Below are positions 13,810 through 26,810 of a stretch of DNA of 64,000 nucleotides, one piece after another. The stretch's first letter is position 1. Each line of letters begins with the position of its first letter. The stretch comes from Pseudovirgaria hyperparasitica (lineage: Eukaryota), in assembly GCA_010093815.1 (NCBI GenBank), contig ML996565.1; one strand, given 5' to 3'. Under the pieces are notes generated by a model. The model made no database searches. It saw only the letters and a program-made list of their open reading frames with translations, and had not been told where the DNA came from. A program made the translations under genes and the position numbers.

Positions 13810-16800
13810 GGCCTTGGCTGGAAGGTCGGCTTGAGCGTTCTCTCAACTGCACATATTAGGTTCCATCTGCTAGAATCTAATACCCTATCTAGCACCCAGG
13901 CTATTATCATCATTACCCTCGTCCTACGCATTCTAAGCCCATTCCTTTTGCATGTTTTCTTATTTGTCCTTTTCTCCACCCACTCTGCTGTGATTTTACC
14001 GCCGGGCCCTTGGGCTGCAACAAGAAGGTAGTCACTATCTCCATCTGCCTGCAACCGTTGCGAGTACCACGGCCACGTTTCACCTGCAGAAAGCAGACGA
14101 TAAGCCACCAGAAAGGTCCTCCGGTGTCAGCGGCAGGCTGCAGTTGGAAGTTTGGGAGCGTCCACGCTTGACCGGCACTGGCACTGGTGGCCACGCGCGT
14201 CCCAGTCCCAGAGACACACACTTGACACTCGCTTCCGGCGCTGTGAGCTGGAGAAGCTACCTATGTAGGCGTGGACGAGCGCGAATACCTAATGTGTTGG
14301 TTAGCGAATATGTCTTCAGGTATGATGAGAAAACAGCCATGGCTGTCTCTATGTCAACGGCGTTGGTGAACTATCCCAGGGTCAAACAAGAGATCTAGAG
14401 TCAGAGTCAAGAGTCAGAGAGCATCAGGTTCAACAGACCCTGAGCAACATCTAAGGTATCACTAACCAGGTCATCCATGGCAGGAACGTACGGCGGACCG
14501 GGTTGCTCTCTCCTTACCCGTCTCCCGCGCGCGGTGACATGTCCGCCGTGCTTCTTCACCGATAATGACATGCATCGCGGTCAAAGAAGTCACCGCTCAA
14601 CTGTCAACTCTCTCTACATGCTACTAATGTTCATCATGGCTGGCTGACAGTCTGCTTGTCTGCTGCTGTCATGTACGAATACGGACAAGTATCTGCAACG
14701 AATTGAACAGAGAATTCGGAAATATTCGTCGTCTTCGGTCAGCAGAGAGCTTGGCGCTGCAAAACACTGAGGTGATCGAACAGAGTACACCTATGTTATC
14801 CATCCAACCAATCCTCATTGCTCCGGTCTCACAGGTCACGAGCTTCTCTTCAGCATTATTTTCTTATCTCTGACGAACCCGAACCTCGCTGTCGCTGCAC
14901 AACACCATCATCTGGCACACTACACCCCACACTTTGCCGTTATCTTCCGTACCCTGTTGCATTCTTGTTGCCCATCCCCATCTGTCCATGGATCCATGGA
15001 TTCCTGGAGATGCTTGCGTGCCTGATTATGCTGTCTACAGACAACGCCAAACGATGTGGTAGACTTATTGAACTACACCTTCTTACAATGATATGCACCG
15101 TCACCTTCACGTCATTGCTGCTCGGTAGCACTCGTCCTAGACTTCTAGTCAAGTCCAGTCACAACTAATCACAACACTATTATCAATGGGAATCGTTCGT
15201 TACAGGCCCTAAATTCCATTACTACTCGCAGTCGTTTTTCGGTCAAACATCATCACACAGTACACAATACGTGCACTGCTCAGGGCTCTTGCAGTCAGTT
15301 GCAGCTCGGAGAATACCAATCCCCAATCATTGTTTGCGCTACAAGACACGTTACATGGACAACTCATTGCATTTGCGCCATAATCTCTGGTGTTTACAGG
15401 GGGCGAGAGAATTTTGCTTTCTTCTTGTGTGCGCTTGATCCGCTGGCAAGGCATACATACTATCATTGCGTCTGTTTGCTGGAGCTCCTTCGGTGTCTTT
15501 ATGGGTACCAAAAATCTTACCGATGATGCACTTCTGCCCTATGGTGTCTTGGCCACGACACTGAGGAATTTCTCGGTCCACCGACCATGGTGCAAATTTG
15601 ATCGTCTTTTTTTCTGGTCGCTTTCCATCGATCGCGCTCTGACCTGTGAATTGTAACCAATTATGAATGCGCTAATACGCATCTGCATTATGAGACATGA
15701 GCAAAGTGCTCGTACCAACAGAGACTTGCATGCGTCATACTCGTTAGATATGCACTACTAACCATTAGACATAACCGAGCTTGGGCTGTCACGAGGACTG
15801 GTCTTGACTCTTGAGTTTTCCATACAGAAGAACAAATTCATGCCGACTAACTAGGTCTCTCAGATCTCTAGGCGCACGGCGCAACTGGCCGACGATAGAC
15901 AGACTGAGTACAGCTCCGCATTACGCGTCTCGTGACCAAACTGGGCGTCTGGCACGAGCTGCCATCTTCACACGGTCCGGATCTTTTCGTCCCATGGTTC
16001 AACTCTGTCTCCGGCCGAGCCTACGCACTCTTTCGTGCACCATCACCTGACGTGCTGATAAGGTGAGAAATCATGCCAACGGCACCACCAACCAATCGCT
16101 ATGGCATCGGAACCGTATCGCTTAAATAAGGTTTCACATCAGTCCGCTCCTGATTGGTCGGCGATATGCAGATGTATATATATGTGTCCATGAGACACAT
16201 TGCATTTCGGAATCACGCGAAGTGCCAGATCTCATTTCATGTCCTCCGAAGTCTCAGCTAGACTAACTGATTGATACGATGTAGCTATCAGAGCTATATC
16301 AAGGTTTACACTCTGATTGTGACTGGTAGATCTTATAATAGATAACAGGTAATATCCCGGGCCGCACACTACTCATGAAAGTATTGCGGGGTCGAAGCAC
16401 CCTCTCAAATGTTATTGCCAAGCCCGCTGTCAACATACATGTCAGTCGATAGTGGGATGTACCCACGGATAGTATAACCCACCCTTCTAACAATCAAACA
16501 ATGTTCAACTATCCACCTGCAGCTTCAAGAACGTCCGTCCCGTTCTCCACTCACTCAACCATAAATCCAGACCAACCCGAACCAAACCACAAAGCTCCTC
16601 TCACACCTTCTGCCCAAAGCGTACAACGTACAACATATAAAATATAACATATAACATTTCCAAAGATTTGAAAGCTCCGTTGTACGTACGTAGCCGCCGT
16701 CAACTTCCCACGCCTGCGCTCGACGAAAAGTATGTCCCCATTGCCATGTATTTCCCTTTACTGTGCACCTTTGGCATACGTCCTGTCTAGGTGGGCAGTC

Positions 16801-18017
16801 CTGGATATTCCCTATTTACAGGCCTCATTCACTGAAGTCTTGGCGCGCTGAAACACGATTCTATGCAAGACAATACTATCGAAGCATCGGTTCTATCCTA
16901 GGAAGAGAACACTTCCTATCAAGAGAGGAAATATACTTCATCGTACGATAATTGCTGCTGCTTGAATGCATTCCTTCTATGTATCCTTCGGTACAACCCT
17001 ACGTGGTACTGAAATCTATGCAATCATATGATTGATGACAATCATTCCGTGTTAGTTGTTCTCGACTTTTGTAGCTCCATATATCCCTAGCATGTTGTAT
17101 ATAAAATGGCATGTAAGCACTAGACCTTTATGTATGCACATGCTATGCTCTAGCAATCATTACGCGAAAAAGGGTTCTTCATTGTGTGTCCTAGGATCGA
17201 TGTTACATAGACAAGATATTATCGTTCGTCAACTGCTACGAACTCAAGCCCATCGAGAGTCTCGCATCATGGTTCGTCCGACACTACAAGGCGCTCTACA
17301 ATGTGAAAAGCATGCATTTACTGTATTCATTTTCATCGATGTGAGCGCCTGGCAGGTATTATGATGGGAAATGACACGCGCAAAGTACGGCACATGAGGA
17401 GGTAGGGAGACCCCAATCATCCACCTGGCATGCCCTTACAGCCCACAACATCACTACGTCACGAATGGATGAAGCTGTGTAATCAATATACCGGCTAATA
17501 CGCAATATAAGAGGATTTAATATCTCTGAAATATACCAATTGTATGTTTTGTAAGGTTGCGGCGAAATTAAGAGCTGTTTTGGGGGTGGTGTGCGTGTGT
17601 GTGTAGGTTAGCCTATATTTATCTGTGTGGTTGGGTGGGATTGATGAGAGAGTAGATAGGAGAGAGGATTTTGCGGTGCTGTGTGATTTTGCCGCTGTTC
17701 GACATTGTGTTTGTTTGCTTGGCCTGTGCGGAGAGAGAAAGGGACAGGTCTGTGGAAAATGATGGCAGAGAGTTGTATATGGCGTGGATATCCCCTAGGC
17801 TGGAATATGTGCCTTCTCAAGGAATGTGGTAGAATGCTGGCTTGCTCGCGTTTTGTGTGGCAGCGTAGCAGCATATACATCGTTACCCAATGCTCAGAAA
17901 CGGCCTCTCTACCACCACTCACGCGTTATGTGGCGAGCTCTTAGTACCGACGACAGAAGTGCTCGCGCCGTACGAGTATGCAGCCGCAACTCTCGCCACG
18001 TAAACACACCGTTTATT

Positions 18018-20195
18018 TCACTTAATAGTCGTCTCAACTAGCGCCCACTGCCTGGCCCAGCCACTCTCGGGATACGCGTCCGGCGTTGCATATTCCACCA
18101 CGCACGCCTCAAACGGCTGGTTCTTCGGACGGTAATCCGTCGGTGCGCCCTCCATACCGTCCTCGCGCTTGATCTCCTCCAGATCACCCCATAGGATGAA
18201 CAGCTTTTCTCTCAGCTCGGCCAAGGCTCTCTTGTCAGCCCGTAGGTCACATGCCGTCACTTTCAGGAGGAATTCGGCTGATTTGGGCGGCACGATGAGT
18301 GTGAACTGCGCAGGTTTGTGTTGTGAGTTGCTGGGTTGGGGATTGGTGGGCGGTAGAGCGTCTTCGACGCGGAGCGCGAAAGCCCATTCCCAGTTCCGAC
18401 GGCCGTGCTGGGAGAGTGTTTGTGTTTGGTATTCAGTGTCTACGTCGTTATCGGAGGTGTCGCAGGCAGTGGGTGGGTTGTATGATGGATCGGAGAGGCA
18501 GTGAGAGAAGTCGGCGAGGGTAGACGGGTAGAAATCTATGACTCGAAGCAGGGTGCGGTAGCGCGCGTTTGTGAAAGGGAGGGACTTAGGGGTGGTGGAT
18601 GGATCCGAGTCGGGAGAAAGCGGTGCGTTGAGATGTGGGCTATTAATGATGTCGGCTGCGGAGGTATACTGTTGGGAAGGGTATGAGGCGACGATGTTCT
18701 GATTCGAAAGGAGTTTGAGAGGTGGCGAGGACTCTGGTTCGTTATTCTGAAGGGATTTGGGAAGATAGTTGGTGTCGTCCAAACGACGAGACTCGTTTTC
18801 TTCGAGCGCTCGTCGCTCCTCTTCCTCTCTTGCCTGGTGAGCCCTCCTCACCTTTTTCTTCTGCTGTCTCGTCTTGTGCGGGACGGGGTTCACAGTTTGC
18901 TGTCGGTTATAGTCGTCCTTGCGTTGGAATAGACGTCTGACAAGTTCATGTTCGTGATTGAGACGGCGGACATTGATTTGGTCTTTACTGATATAGTCTT
19001 CGGACATGCGTGCCTCAAGTTTGTTTTCTTGTGATATCTTAGTTTTGACATTTTTGAGAAAGCAGATGTCACCCTCGCGAAAGTTGTGTATAAGAGCATT
19101 CGAATGTGGTGGCCAAACATCTACACAGATAGTGTATTGGCCCAAAGGTCCATGCCAGCCTTTTTTAGGGCCAATCCCGTAGTCCTGGAGATCTCGGTCT
19201 CCCCCGTGGAGCGCTGTTTCTTCTTCCGGGGACAGGTAGTCGAACAGCATGCTATTAGAGGTGTAATCCGTAGCGTACAGATCCGCACCTTCTCTATGTG
19301 TCCGAGGAAATATTTTCACGATTTCCACAGTCAAGTCGGCATACTGATCCAACCTGAGATCCTTCAGTAACCGAAATTTCATGTTAGTCTTCGTGGTCCC
19401 CGCACTGATAGAAGTCCGTTCATTATTCCTAACAGTTGAAATACTAGCAGTTGTTGCTGGCATGCCATGAATGGCTGGCCACATCTCCCTGGATGACTGG
19501 TGTCCCTGAGACGGGAGGTTTGATGTAGCCCGAGAGAGAGTATTAGATGAGTGTGCATGGGTCTGAGCGGGAGATGGAAATCGATAGTCTGTAACAGAGG
19601 TTTCGCTACGTCGTAAGGCCAGATCGAAAACGTACAGTTGTACCTCCGAAAGAGGTGGCAGTTTGACGTGCATGGGTCCGCCAATAGCTGTCTTATATGT
19701 CACTCTCGTGACCCCACGGGCGATGTCTGCTCTTCGCTTCGGATCTGGAAGGGATGCTTTCGGAAAGACCACTGCCATAGATACTCCATAGTTGAACATA
19801 TAAGTCAGACCATATTGCACATTGCTGTTTTTCTGAAAAGTGTTAGCTCACACCTTCGATGAATGAATTAGTATACCTTTATCTGGGTGAGCATGATAAC
19901 ATCTCCTTTACACAACTCGGGCGTCTTATCAGGCTTCAAGAAGCCTCTGACCTTGAGACCGTAGATGTCTTGCGCAGTTGTGTCCCAGACATTGAAGGTG
20001 AGGACAAAGTCTATAGTATAGGCTGTCAGTGTCTACCACGGTGCACCAAGAAAGTTGCTTACCACCCGTCCGAGTAGTTCCAACATTTCGATCCGTTATT
20101 ATGCCGATGATGTTTACAAGAAACTGGTTAGAAGACCGATTAGTGGCCTGATCGATTGTAACAAAGCCAGTTGGTGGGCTCAAATCGTCTGCCAT
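18018..20195 (-). CDS. POT1: Telomere single-strand end-binding protein Pot1 (OB folds), ~693 aa
   Basis: Exons 20195-20063, 20010-19877, 19832-18018, in frame. OB1 VNIIGII..TRTGDFVLTF.V.D. OB2 KFRLLKDL..YADLTVEIVK..LYATDYTSN..W.GPLG..VWPPH. C-terminal YRT..RVIDFYP..L.DF, WEWAF, LREKLFILWGDLEE. Confidence 0.9.
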
Positions 20196-20310
20196 GGCGC
20201 CTTAGAAGGCAAGCCCTAAGCACGTGACTAGATCCACTGTACGTTCGATGAGAGGGGTGAAGTCAGCGTGGGAATCTAGCAAGAGCCCGAAAGAGCCCCG
20301 AATCGACTAC

Positions 20311-20413
20311 AAGCACGCGATATTTGTACATCAAGGTCTCCAAGTATGGCCAAACATCCTCAGATTCCAGCTGGTATGGCCACAAACGCGCTACGCGTCC
20401 ACAAAAAGCGCGT
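20311..20413. promoter_or_regulatory. Cluster of MCB-like (ACGCG/ACGCGT) elements in the POT1 / importin-alpha divergent promoter
   Basis: ACGCG at ~20315 and 20386-20390, ACGCGT at 20393-20398, GCGCGT at 20408-20413, 120-220 bp upstream of the POT1 ATG. MCB is the MBF G1/S element; function here is inferred. Confidence 0.45.
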
Positions 20414-20833
20414 CGTCCGAATACAGCAAGGAAACAAGAGCGGTTGAGAGTTATTCCTATGCAAAGGTTGACTAGCCGTCACTCTGAAAGATAAGGAATG
20501 GAGTACTGTTTACATTCCGGACTCCTAGTCTTGGGCGAAGGTAAAGGAACAGCTTTCACTTGCGGACAATAATAATCAAACAATCATATGTTCGTGATCG
20601 TTATGTGCGTCACCCCGTTTAGTTAGCGCAGATTAGTCAAAGGAGGTCGCCCCGCCGTTAGCGGCACACCCGCTCGACCTTTGGCTCTATTCCTGTCCAT
20701 CCATATTTCTTCTCTCATACCCTCTACTACACTCTCTCCACCACCATTCGCTTCTTCCCGTTCGTACAGGGTGTATCAAACATACGAAGAATTATACTCC
20801 CCAGTAAGACATTCATAACGCAGCTTCAGTACA

Positions 20834-22739
20834 ATGGAGAACCGCTTCATCCCCGAACATCGTCGCATGGGCTTTAAGGCAAAGAACGCCTTTAAGCCTG
20901 AAGAGCTGCGTAGACGCCGTGAGGAGCAACAAGTCGAGATCAGAAAGGCAAAGAGAGAAGAAGGCCTCGCAAAACGTCGTGGTATTACTACTCGTGAGGG
21001 TGATGCCCCAGGCGCCTCACTAGGGGCTGCTCCCGACAGCGACGAAGAGGGCGGCAACATTGAAAGTCAGGTAAGTGACTCACTTCTACTTCAGCTCTCC
21101 TGTGCTGTGGAATACGACAATCAATCTATCGTCAAAATCGTCATGGCCTTGCAAATTTTTGCAGCTCGAGAACGCCTCTGGTACTGTGTTGCTAGGTGAA
21201 CCACTGGCTCACTTCAGCCTTAAAGTTCAGGAGTTCGTAGTGACACCCAACAACCCCGACCCACACTTGGTCCACATTTCCTACATTGTAGAACATGGCT
21301 AACCCTGAGCTATATAGCTTAATGAGGAACTCCCTCAGATGGTGAAGGGCGTTTTCTCTGAACAGATCGATGAACAAATCCAAGCAACAACAAAGTTTCG
21401 AAAACTCCTCTCGAAGGAGCGCAACCCCCCAATCGAGCGTGTCATTGAGACCGGTGTAGTCAGCAGATTTGTTGAATTCTTGCGCTCACCCCACACTCTC
21501 GTACAATTTGAGGCCGCATGGGCTCTGACCAACATCGCTTCTGGATCAGCTCAACAAACACAGGTGGTTATCGAAGCAGGTGCAGTGCCAATATTCGTAG
21601 AGTTGCTCAGCAGCCATGAGCCAGACGTTAGAGAGCAAGCAGTATGGGCACTTGGTAACATTGCCGGTGACAGCCCTACCTGCAGGGACTTTGTCCTCGC
21701 GCAAGGTGCTCTGCGACCTTTACTCGCACTGCTCGGAGACAGCCGCAAGTTGAGCATGCTTCGTAATGCGACATGGACCTTGAGCAACTTTTGCCGTGGC
21801 AAAACTCCACAGCCCGATTGGCACACCATTCAGCCTGCACTACCTGTGCTGTCAAAGCTGGTGTACTCGCTCGACGACGAGGTGCTCATCGATGCTTGCT
21901 GGGCTATTTCATATCTGTCTGATGGAGCCAACGATAAAATCCAGGCTGTTATTGAAGCCGGTATTCCCCGTCGTCTTGTAGAGCTGTTGATGCATGCTTC
22001 AACTTCTGTCCAGACCCCCGCTCTGCGCTCCGTCGGCAACATTGTTACCGGAGATGATGTCCAAACACAAGTTATTATCAACTGCGGATCTCTTCCTGCT
22101 CTACTTTCGCTTCTGAGTTCTACAAAGGATGGCATTCGTAAGGAGGCTTGCTGGACGATTTCTAATATTACCGCTGGAAATTCTACACAGATTCAAGCTG
22201 TCATCGATGCTAATATCATTCCTCCCCTCGTTCATCTTCTCCAGAACGGCGATTTCAAGACTCGCAAGGAAGCATGTTGGGCCATCTCCAACGCCACTTC
22301 TGGTGGCCTCCATAAGCCAGAGCAAATCCGCTACCTAGTTTCAAGTGGCTGCATCAAACCACTTTGCGATCTTCTAGCTTGCCCCGATAACAAGATCATC
22401 CAAGTTGCACTCGATGGCCTTGAGAATATCCTTAAGGTCGGTGAGATGGATAAGGACTCTGCGGAAGCCACTGCTGAATCAATCAATCGTTATGCTCTAT
22501 TTATTGAAGAGGTTGGCGGTATGGAGAAGATCCATGACTGCCAGAACAACGCAAACGAAGAAATCTATATGAAGGCTTACAATATCATCGAGAAGTACTT
22601 CTCTGATGAGGAGGATGCTGGTGGTGATATGAACGAGCTCGCCCCTCAACAAGGACAAGATGGATCTTTTGGCTTCGGCGCCCAGCAGCAAACTCAGCAG
22701 CTGAACTTTGCCAACGGTGGTGAGTCCATGGACATGTGA
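20834..22739 (+). CDS. SRP1: Importin subunit alpha (karyopherin alpha; Srp1/Kap60/KapA)
   Basis: Exons 20834-21070, 21318-22739. IBB domain ([26 protein letters not shown]) and ARM repeats ([40 protein letters not shown]). Confidence 0.98.
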
Positions 22740-23170
22740 TGCGGCACAAATGAAGGTCGAAGACATCCCTTACAATGGGGATATCATTGGCATATTACGC
22801 GTACATGTTGCCGTATACATACCTGTCTCAAGCGAAGTCGGGTCTGTCTTGGTACGTGTCTTTCAGAAGAGCTGAGAAGCCGTACACACCTTACCGCCGC
22901 CATGCCCTCTTTCGCCTCATAATCCCCAAATCTCGCAGCTTCACGAACGGACCAAAACGAGAGAAATTCCTTGGACCATTTTTGGTCATGAGCAATTACG
23001 AGCATCGAAGATTCACCATCATGTATATCCCCTTGAGCTTTTCACAACTCCATCATCATATCCCTGGACGACTTGGTAGTCTCTACCACACGGTGTTAAT
23101 TCGTTCGAAGCTCTGTAGCTATGGTCAACATGGAGGGCATGTCGATAGAATAACGACAAATGAAATACCC

Positions 23171-23401
23171 TATATAAAACGCGTGCCCACTTACCGCGGA
23201 CTTGGTGTGCTGTATGTTTCATCTGAAGTTCCTCGAAACGTACCTAAATATGTGGCTACCGTATGCACCAAATTGCCTTAGTGTCGTTGACGTGCACGTG
23301 GGCTTGAAACCAAGTCGAGTTTGGGATAGCGCCAATCGGTTTCGAGGGCAACGGAACTCATAACATTGCAGAATCGCGATGATGTACAGCTAAACGCGCG
23401 T
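23171..23401 (+). promoter_or_regulatory. TATA-like box and MCB-like elements upstream of ASE1
   Basis: TATATAAA 23171-23178 abutting ACGCGT 23179-23184; ACGCGCGT ~23394-23401. Confidence 0.3.
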
Positions 23402-23653
23402 TATAGCTTGAGGTACCACCGCACCGAATCTCCCATTCAACATCACTACCATATCTGTTTTCTCCGCCATCTGCCATTCATTCCGCTGCACGTTCGGGCT
23501 CAAGGCTCTAAAAAGGGCTTCTGGTTCTGAGACTGCGACGCCGCACAGTTTTCGTTGCGACTCTTGCGACTTCGACAAGCTTTCCCGCCTTGCATGCAAG
23601 ATTTTGCATGATCGTCTAAAACACATCTCGTGCGCCGTTGGGGCATATCAACA

Positions 23654-26197
23654 ATGGACACTAGCTATCTTGCTCAACAAGTTACCACCATCATTGGACA
23701 GCTCCATGGTCTGTTCGATGATATTGGTGTACCAAGCCACGAAAGAGATTCTCGAGAAGCTGAGGTACTACCCCTAGACTCTGGAGGAAATGAAGAAATG
23801 CTAAAGTTCTGTGCAGCTCTTCTCTGCGCTTTCCGAAACTCTACATAACCAACTCAAGATCGTCACAAAGTGGGTACGCTTCGAGCTGATGGGCAAGGCC
23901 GCACTAATCACTCTGCAGTGAGAAGCATGAGCTCACCGAAGAAGCACACCGTCTGGTGTCGACTATACAACAAATGGAAGACTCACTCGAGGACGTAAAA
24001 CCAAATCACGCTTATCCAGTTGACACCGCAAGCACACAAGTCACATATCCGCTCATGCGATGCATACAAGGTCTAAAGGAGAAATACAACGTTGTTCATA
24101 AGCTACACAAGGAGCGCCTTGAGCAAGTCAAGAGTATGCAACTACTAATCTGACATTGGACGAGCTAACATGCTCAATAGAACTTGTTGAAGCGCTCGAA
24201 TCGTATTCTGCACATCTTGAACCGTCATTCATCAAGATAAAGCTACCACCTACCTCGCCCAACGCCGTGGTTCCACCAACTTTCGATCTCTCCCCTGCCT
24301 ACGTACAATCTGTCGATGTTGAGTTCACGAGAGTGTATGAAGAATACACACGACGCGTCGACGTAGTCCGAAGCACATGCGATGAGATGATCAAGCTGTG
24401 GGCTGAGCTGGGAACGCCACAGGCGCAGACTGACACTACAATCGTCAAATACGCACGCGACGCGCCTGAACAGTTAGGTCTGCACAAGGACGACCTCGAA
24501 CGATTGAAAGCGAAGAAAGACAAGCTTGTGGACGAGAAACGAGCTCGTGAGCGCCGGCTCAAAGACCTCAAAACACAGATTGAGGTATTATGGGAGAAGC
24601 TCCAGTACGATGAGTCGAAAAGAAAACAGTTCCTGTCCAGTAACCGCGGCTGTGGCTTAAGAACTATCAACGAATTCGAGAGTGAACTTGCACAACTAAT
24701 CGAGCTGAAACGACAAAACCTTCATCTATTCGTTGAGGATGCTCGTTACAAGCTTCAGGAGCTATGGGACGGCCTGTACTTTTCCGAGGAAGAAATGATG
24801 GACTTTACTCCCGCATTCTCTGGTTAGTATCTTCCAAACAATACTTTTGCAAAGACTAATAGTCTACTCTAGATGTTTATAGTGACGCACTACTATCTGC
24901 CCATGAAAATGAGATCGCACGTCTGGAAGCCCTGCGGGAACAGCGTGCTCCGACTTTAGAGCTCATAGACAGGCACCGAACCCTAGTTCAGGAACGAGAT
25001 GATTTGCAAGCTTCAAGTCAAGATGCGTCTCGTCTCATGGCTAAGGGTAGCAAAGGAGAGAAGCGCGACCCTGGCAAACTGCTCCGTGAAGAAAAAATGC
25101 GCAAACGAATCTCGAGAGAACTGCCAAAGCTTGAGGCAGAGCTCAAGAAGGTCCTGGAAAGATGGGAAGATGAGTATGGCCGCCCATTTTTGGTTCATGG
25201 TGAGCGATACCTGGATTCTATTGCTGCGAAGTCAACATCGTCGAAGCCAGCACCAGCTCGAGCGAAGACTCCGTCAGCTCCACCACCGCAGGCGAAGTCC
25301 GCAAAGTCTGCACCACCTAGTCGGGCTGGTACCATGCGTGGACCGCCACCAACCAGATCTAAAACGCCCGTGAACATTAGCATGTTAGGTGCAAGTGTCA
25401 CGAGGAATAATTTCTCCAGCTCTGTGTCCGCAGCAGCTCAGGCCAGAAGTACGAATAAGAGTCCTTCCCGTCTACCAACTAGCACAACTCGTCAACCACT
25501 GAAGGGGATGCCATATGGTGGAAATTCTCCAGAGCGTCCGCAACCATCAAGAGCGGACTCACAAACGATACGAAAGATGGCCCCGCCGCGGGCTCCGCCG
25601 CCAAAAATGAAAGACCTCTTCGTTCCACCTCCTGCACCTTCACCTACACCACACGATTTCGAGGACCCGCGAAGTGGTAGCATTGTACGTCACATCGCGC
25701 CTGAGGACCCATACGGCGGCAGCAATGCCTACCATCACCACCAACCCTCAATGATCCGCCACGACTCCCATGATAACCCACGCCACCAATACCAGCCCCA
25801 TCACCAAGACGACCAGTATTCCAACTACTCCTCTCATGCACCCTCATACACGTACTCGCAGTCAACAGTCTCTAGTACACGCCAGATTTCGTCATCTTCG
25901 AACAATACAGCTGCTACTACAGCGTCAGGAAGTGAAAATTGGGAAACATATGATGACAACTCGGAGCCAGAGGTCGATGCTAGTGACGCCTACTATGCGA
26001 AGATGCGCCAGGCTGCGAGTCGTGGAAAGAGATTCACGCCCGATGGGGGCTATCCTGCACCAGCAGGTGGCCAGGCGAAGCGAGTCAAAGGAATACGAAG
26101 TGTCGAAGACCGCGGCGAGACATATGCTGAGCACGGAGGTCAAATGGTACGTGTTGAAGGGAGTGAAGCAGGTTGGGAAGATGAAGAGGCATATTGA
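23654..26197 (+). CDS. ASE1: Anaphase spindle elongation protein / MAP65-Ase1-PRC1 microtubule bundler
   Basis: Exons 23654-23764, 23817-23869, 23919-24133, 24181-24822, 24873-26197, in frame. Motifs MDTSYL..QLHGLFDDIGVP, LWAELG, LQELWDGLYFSEEE, DVYSDALLSAHENEI, DASRL..RDPGKLLREEKMRKR..LPK, WEDEYGRPFLVHGERY; disordered C-tail. Confidence 0.93.
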
Positions 26198-26810
26198 GCG
26201 TGCTTAGTGCGTTGTGCCTTTGCGCGGACATCTTATGCTGACCTAGGCATTTGTCTTGGCATGTGCACCGGGTGCATTTGACGACGGACGACTTATTATG
26301 ATCACGACTACGGGTGCTATGCGCCACGATCCTTTCTGGGTCGTTGTCTTTGAGGTTTGAAGGTTCTTGTATACTACTAGAGTTTTATCTGCGCGCGCAG
26401 CTGGATGTGGCTTCTACTTCTGATTCTCTTTCGGTTTTAACATGCATTTCTTGTTGTTCCTTTCACGTCTTCGATTTAGAAATCGAATTGGGTGATAGCG
26501 GCGTAACGTGTTTTCGGGTGTTTCGATGCGGATGGTGCATTTGACCTTGTCTGCGTGAGGTGGTACCAGAGTCGCATAATATTAGCTAGTAACAACAACG
26601 TCTGTTCCTGGAGAGCCGGACGGGACCAGCATGTATGTGTTGTGGATTTCAATAAACCTCGTAGCAATCGTGAATTCACAAATGATGTACGGTAGTAGCC
26701 ATGTCAATCAAGTATTTGTAAAAGCACGAACTAGAATGCATGCCATACGCCGCATCCTCCCCTGTATGCCTTCTTCTGGAAGAGCCTCCGTTGGAGTAGA
26801 AATACTATTC

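Noticed and set aside
22775..23281. 168-aa ORF downstream of importin-alpha
   Set aside because: It lies in the expected 3'UTR/ASE1 promoter, has no motifs and has atypical composition.
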